From Malacoraja senta (taxonomy: Eukaryota): a DNA stretch of 34,975 nt. The notes under the pieces were generated by a model that did no database searches, was not told the DNA's origin, and saw nothing but the letters and a program-made list of their open reading frames with translations. The translations under genes and the position numbers were made by a program. The DNA lies in NCBI GenBank assembly GCA_038087875.1, contig JAXLNO010003381.1, positions 62,001 to 96,975 of the forward strand, given 5' to 3'. This document shows, one piece after another, positions 31,414 to 34,975 of the stretch (position 1 is its first letter; each line of letters starts with the position of its first letter).

Positions 31414-32688
31414 GTACGTTGACTCTCCTCACTCCCCCAGATGTGAAAATTCCAGCCTGGGAATTCCCGGCCTCGATCCTGACGCTGACTCGGTGCCACA
31501 TCCCCAGGGGTCCATCGGCGGGGGAGTTTTGGGGGAGGTGAGAGGGGGGTAGGGGGGGCCCGCTGCATGGGGCCACACCAAGAGCCCACTGTCCTAGTAA
31601 CAGTGTGGGGGGGGGGGCTCATCAATGGGGACCGGCAGTCCTGCTGTGATGGCTCATTTCCCCAAAGACGATCTCTCCGGGACCAGATACTCTGGTGGTT
31701 ACTCCAGCATATCAGGAGGAGGAAACCACCCCCTCACCCTCTCCCCCTGCCCGTCACTGTCACACCCACCACACACACAACATCTGAAGAAGGGTCCCAA
31801 CCCGATACATCGTTTATTCATTCCTTCCACAGATGCTGCCTGACCTGCTGAGTTACTCCAGCACTTTGTGTTTTGCTCAAGATTTGACCACCTGCAATTC
31901 CTTGTGTCTCACAAACTTTGGTGATTCATGAGCTCAGTTTATTGTTGTCGTCTGCGCTGAGGTACAGGAAAAAGCTTTTACCATGTTTCCAATGAGGGCC
32001 AAATCATTGGGTATTTTTAAGATGGAGATTGACAGGTTCTCGATCAGTACGGGTGTCAAGCGATATGGGGAGAAGGCAGGAGGATGGGGTTGAGAGGGAG
32101 AGATTGATCAGCCATGATTGAATGGCGATGTAGACAAAAATGGGCCAAATGGCCTAATTCGGCCCCCATCACATGAACTTGAAAGAAGAATCCTCATCAG
32201 ATGAGTGATATAGACGTTATTCTGAGCCACACAAACTGTATAAGATGAGATACTCAACAGGTCAGGCAGCATCTGTGGAGAGAGAACAAGAGTTAATGTT
32301 TCAGATAGATACCTCCAACCAAATTGCATTATTTCCAATTCAGTCCGCGTAACGCAAATAGTCCATGCATGCTCCTGCTCCCAAATTCTTCTCCAATGTA
32401 GAAGACATGTGCCTAACTCTAGCAGCAGGCATATAACACAGCCTGTGGGACTCTGAAGGGCATGAAAGATGTCTCTGAATGCTTGTGACCATTCGGTGGC
32501 ATCTTAATGGGTGAGCCTCCTATCTAGATCAAGAGGATTGGTCCATCTTTGGTGGCCTCAGAAGGATCTTTGCCCAAATGTCTGGAGTGGGATTCAAACC
32601 AAGAATCTCCCACACACGACAAAAGTGGCACAGAACATGCTTTCAGGCATTTCATGTTTAAAAACTTCATTTTCTTCATCTCCACAAG

Positions 32689-32845
32689 GGTCTCAAACAA
32701 GCCACCCAGATATGGTCACCACCACCTCTACAATAATAAGCACTAGGGCTTCCACCACAACCACTCTGACCACCCTGCCTCAAGGTACACCAACCACCAA
32801 GGAAGCAAGTTCCACTGAGGCTTCTCGTTCAACACTTCCAAAATG
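32689..32845 (+). CDS. Gene B stalk exon (Ser/Thr-rich)
   Basis: Acceptor CTCCACAAG|, donor AATG|GTTAGT, phase 1-2. Encodes (G)SQTSHPDMVTTTSTIISTRASTTTTLTTLPQGTPTTKEASSTEASRSTLPK. 15 nt longer than the gene A stalk. Confidence 0.82.
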
Positions 32846-32919
32846 GTTAGTAACTCGAAGAGTCAACTCAGCCTCACCTGAGAACAAATTAGTTAAGTTC
32901 AGTTCAGTTCAGTTTAAAT

Positions 32920-33200
32920 ATACAGCGTGAAAATGGGCCCTTTGGCCCGCCGAGTCCACTCTGAGCAGCGATCACCCCATACACCAGTTCTGTTCTACAC
33001 ATTGGGAACAATTTACAGAAGCCAATTAGCTTACAAACCCGCACGTCTTTGGAATGTGGGAGGAAACCGGAGAAGCTGGAACAAACTCTTGCGATCACAG
33101 GGAGAACGTACAAACTCTGTACAGACAGCGCCGGTAGTCAGGATCGAACCCGGTTCTCCTGCGCTGTGAGGCAGCAACTCTACCACTGCGACACCGTGCC
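32920..33200 (-). mobile_element. V-SINE (HE1-like)
   Basis: Paralog of 8270-8535. Confidence 0.75.
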
Positions 33201-33452
33201 AACCCTAAATGGTCGGCATGGACACAATGGGCCAAAGGTCCAGTTCCCATGTCATATCTCTAAACTCTAAACTACTTTATAGTTCCTTAAATACCAATAG
33301 AATTATTCATAATGTTATAGAATTTAACCTGCACTGCATTCAAGTATATTTCCACATTTTTACTTTCCGGATCGAAACGCATGGTTCGTTACTGGGGAAG
33401 GAATCAGTCCTATTACCATGAGCTCGTCATTGTTTTTTCTTGTATTTTGCAG

Positions 33453-33568
33453 GGAGGCAGTTACATTTTCATGGCAGGTTGTTCTACCGATTGCCTTGAC
33501 AATTGTCTTTCTTCTGTTCATCACTGCCATTATCCTATGTGTAAAAATGAGGCAGAAAAAGAAAACTG
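33453..33568 (+). CDS. Gene B transmembrane exon
   Basis: Strong acceptor TTTTTTCTTGTATTTTGCAG|, donor TG|GTAAGT, phase 2-1 matching the stalk. Encodes (W)EAVTFSWQVVLPIALTIVFLLFITAIILCVKMRQKKKT(G): an uncharged TM followed by a basic stop-transfer cluster. Not shown in the ORF track. Confidence 0.88.
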
Positions 33569-34659
33569 GTAAGTTCCGTTGAATGTACGTAAATATCAAG
33601 GGGCACTCTTGTTGATAACAAAAAAGGGCATTTCCATCAGAGGTTACTTTCACAAACTCAGACCATTCACCTAGCGTATAACAGCAGGGAAAGATACCAA
33701 GTGCTGGAGTAACTCAGCGGGTCAGGCAGCATCTCTGGAGAACATGGACAGGTGACATTTCAGGGCGACACAGTGGCAAAGCAGGAGAGTTGCTGCCTTA
33801 CAACGTAAGAAACCGGGTTCGATCCTGACTAATGGTGCTGTCTGTATGGAGTTTGCACGTTCCTCCCTGTGAGCGCGTGGGTTTACACCAGAGAGACAGG
33901 CCCTTTGGCCCAACTCGTCCTGACTGATGCCCAAGGTGCTTCCCTATGCTAGTCCCACTTACCTGTGCTTGTCCCACATTACTCTTTAAGTTTTCTTCTC
34001 CATCTATCTCTCCAAATGACTTTTAAATGATGGAATTGTACTTGCCTTTACCACTTCCTCTGTCGATTTGATCCGTGTTATGAGAGTGGGCAAATCTGGG
34101 GTGAATTGACAGGAAGATGGGGCGAATAAAATGGGATTGTGGAGATGAATGGAAATGGATGCTTGATGGGCCAGCATGAGCTCAAAGGGCCAATGGGCCT
34201 GCTTCCATACTGATTGTTCTGTGAAAACCATCTGGTTGGAAGCTGCAATAATATGCAGAAGTGCGTCAGTCTTATCCAGATTGAACAAGAATGTTTTCAT
34301 CTGCAAATGGTACAGAGGTAGTGATGGCCACAGTAAGCCAGGAGACGATTGAGATCTTTCAGAAGCAGAAGGAGCCAAACATATTTACCAACAGGTTCAG
34401 ACATCGACGTCCTGTTATTTAGCATAGTGATGACACGTGAAACCTCTGAATCTCCATGCAGTGAAATTATCCGGAAATTGTAAAGCCGTTTTGAAGTAGA
34501 ACTCTTGAAAATGTCCAGCAGCGATGGATGTAAGATCTGCAGGAGGAAGCCAGGAGAGATGACTGGTGACAACTTTGCTGAATCATGAAGTCATAGAGAC
34601 ATACAACACTGGTAGGAAATAGGCAACGTTTCGGGCCGAAACCCTTCTTCAGACTGAAT

Positions 34660-34975
34660 TGGCTAGGATAGACTGGCAAACTATACTTGACAGTGGAGAT
34701 GCAATGGCAAAGATTTTAAGACCGCAAGGATGAACTCCAGAAATTGTTCATCCCCGTCTGGCGAATAAATAAAACTGGGAAGGTGGCTCAACCGTGGCTG
34801 ACAAGGGAAGTCAAGGATAGTGTTAAATCTAAGGAAGAGGCATACAAATTGGCCAGAAGAAGTGGCAAACCAGAGGACTGGGAGAAATTTAGAACAGAGG
34901 AGGACAAAGGGGGGTGGGGGGGGAGAGCATGAAAAGAAAGCTAGCGGGGAATATAAAAACTGACTGTAAAAGTTT
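34660..34975 (+). mobile_element. CR1-type LINE ORF2 fragment (endonuclease-RT linker), running off the window end
   Basis: Encodes FIPVWRINKTGKVAQPWLTREVKDSVKSKEEAYKLARRSGKPEDWEKFR. Confidence 0.8.

Noticed and set aside
34220-34610. Coding-looking unique sequence with GSDIDV (nucleotidyltransferase-like) and FEVELLKM peptides
   Set aside because: Stops in all frames, no consistent splice sites and no recognisable extended homology. A BLASTX search would be needed.

Overview
Repeat-rich vertebrate genomic DNA, most likely a cartilaginous fish such as a skate or ray (inferred from HE1/V-SINE-type, CR1 and Penelope-type repeats). The window holds about two tandem copies of a duplicated unit, each carrying a + strand CD300/pIgR/TREM-like Ig-V receptor gene, reconstructed by hand from splice sites. 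Gene A has a leader (1557-1653), V1 (4647-4970) and an S/T stalk (8061-8202), plus a SINE-broken second stalk and no intact TM exon. Gene B has a leader (19114-19210), two V exons (22560-22883, 31090-31413), a stalk (32689-32845) and an uncharged TM exon (33453-33568); all splice phases are compatible, and no cytoplasmic exons were identified. All three V domains have Ser at both positions of the family's second disulfide. V1 vs V2 differ at 29 amino-acid-changing codons and only 3 silent codons. Mobile DNA includes a full-length but frameshifted CsRn1-like Ty3/Gypsy element (LTRs, tRNA-Trp PBS, ATAT TSD, -1 frameshift signal), an IR/DR Tc1 element nested in a SINE, a deleted antisense class-I ERV with a tRNA-Ser PBS between V2 and V3, a solo LTR, L1/L2/CR1/Rex fragments, a DIRS-like fragment and Penelope termini with minimal hammerhead motifs. 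There is a 132-N assembly gap. Family names come from motif recognition only; no database search was run.
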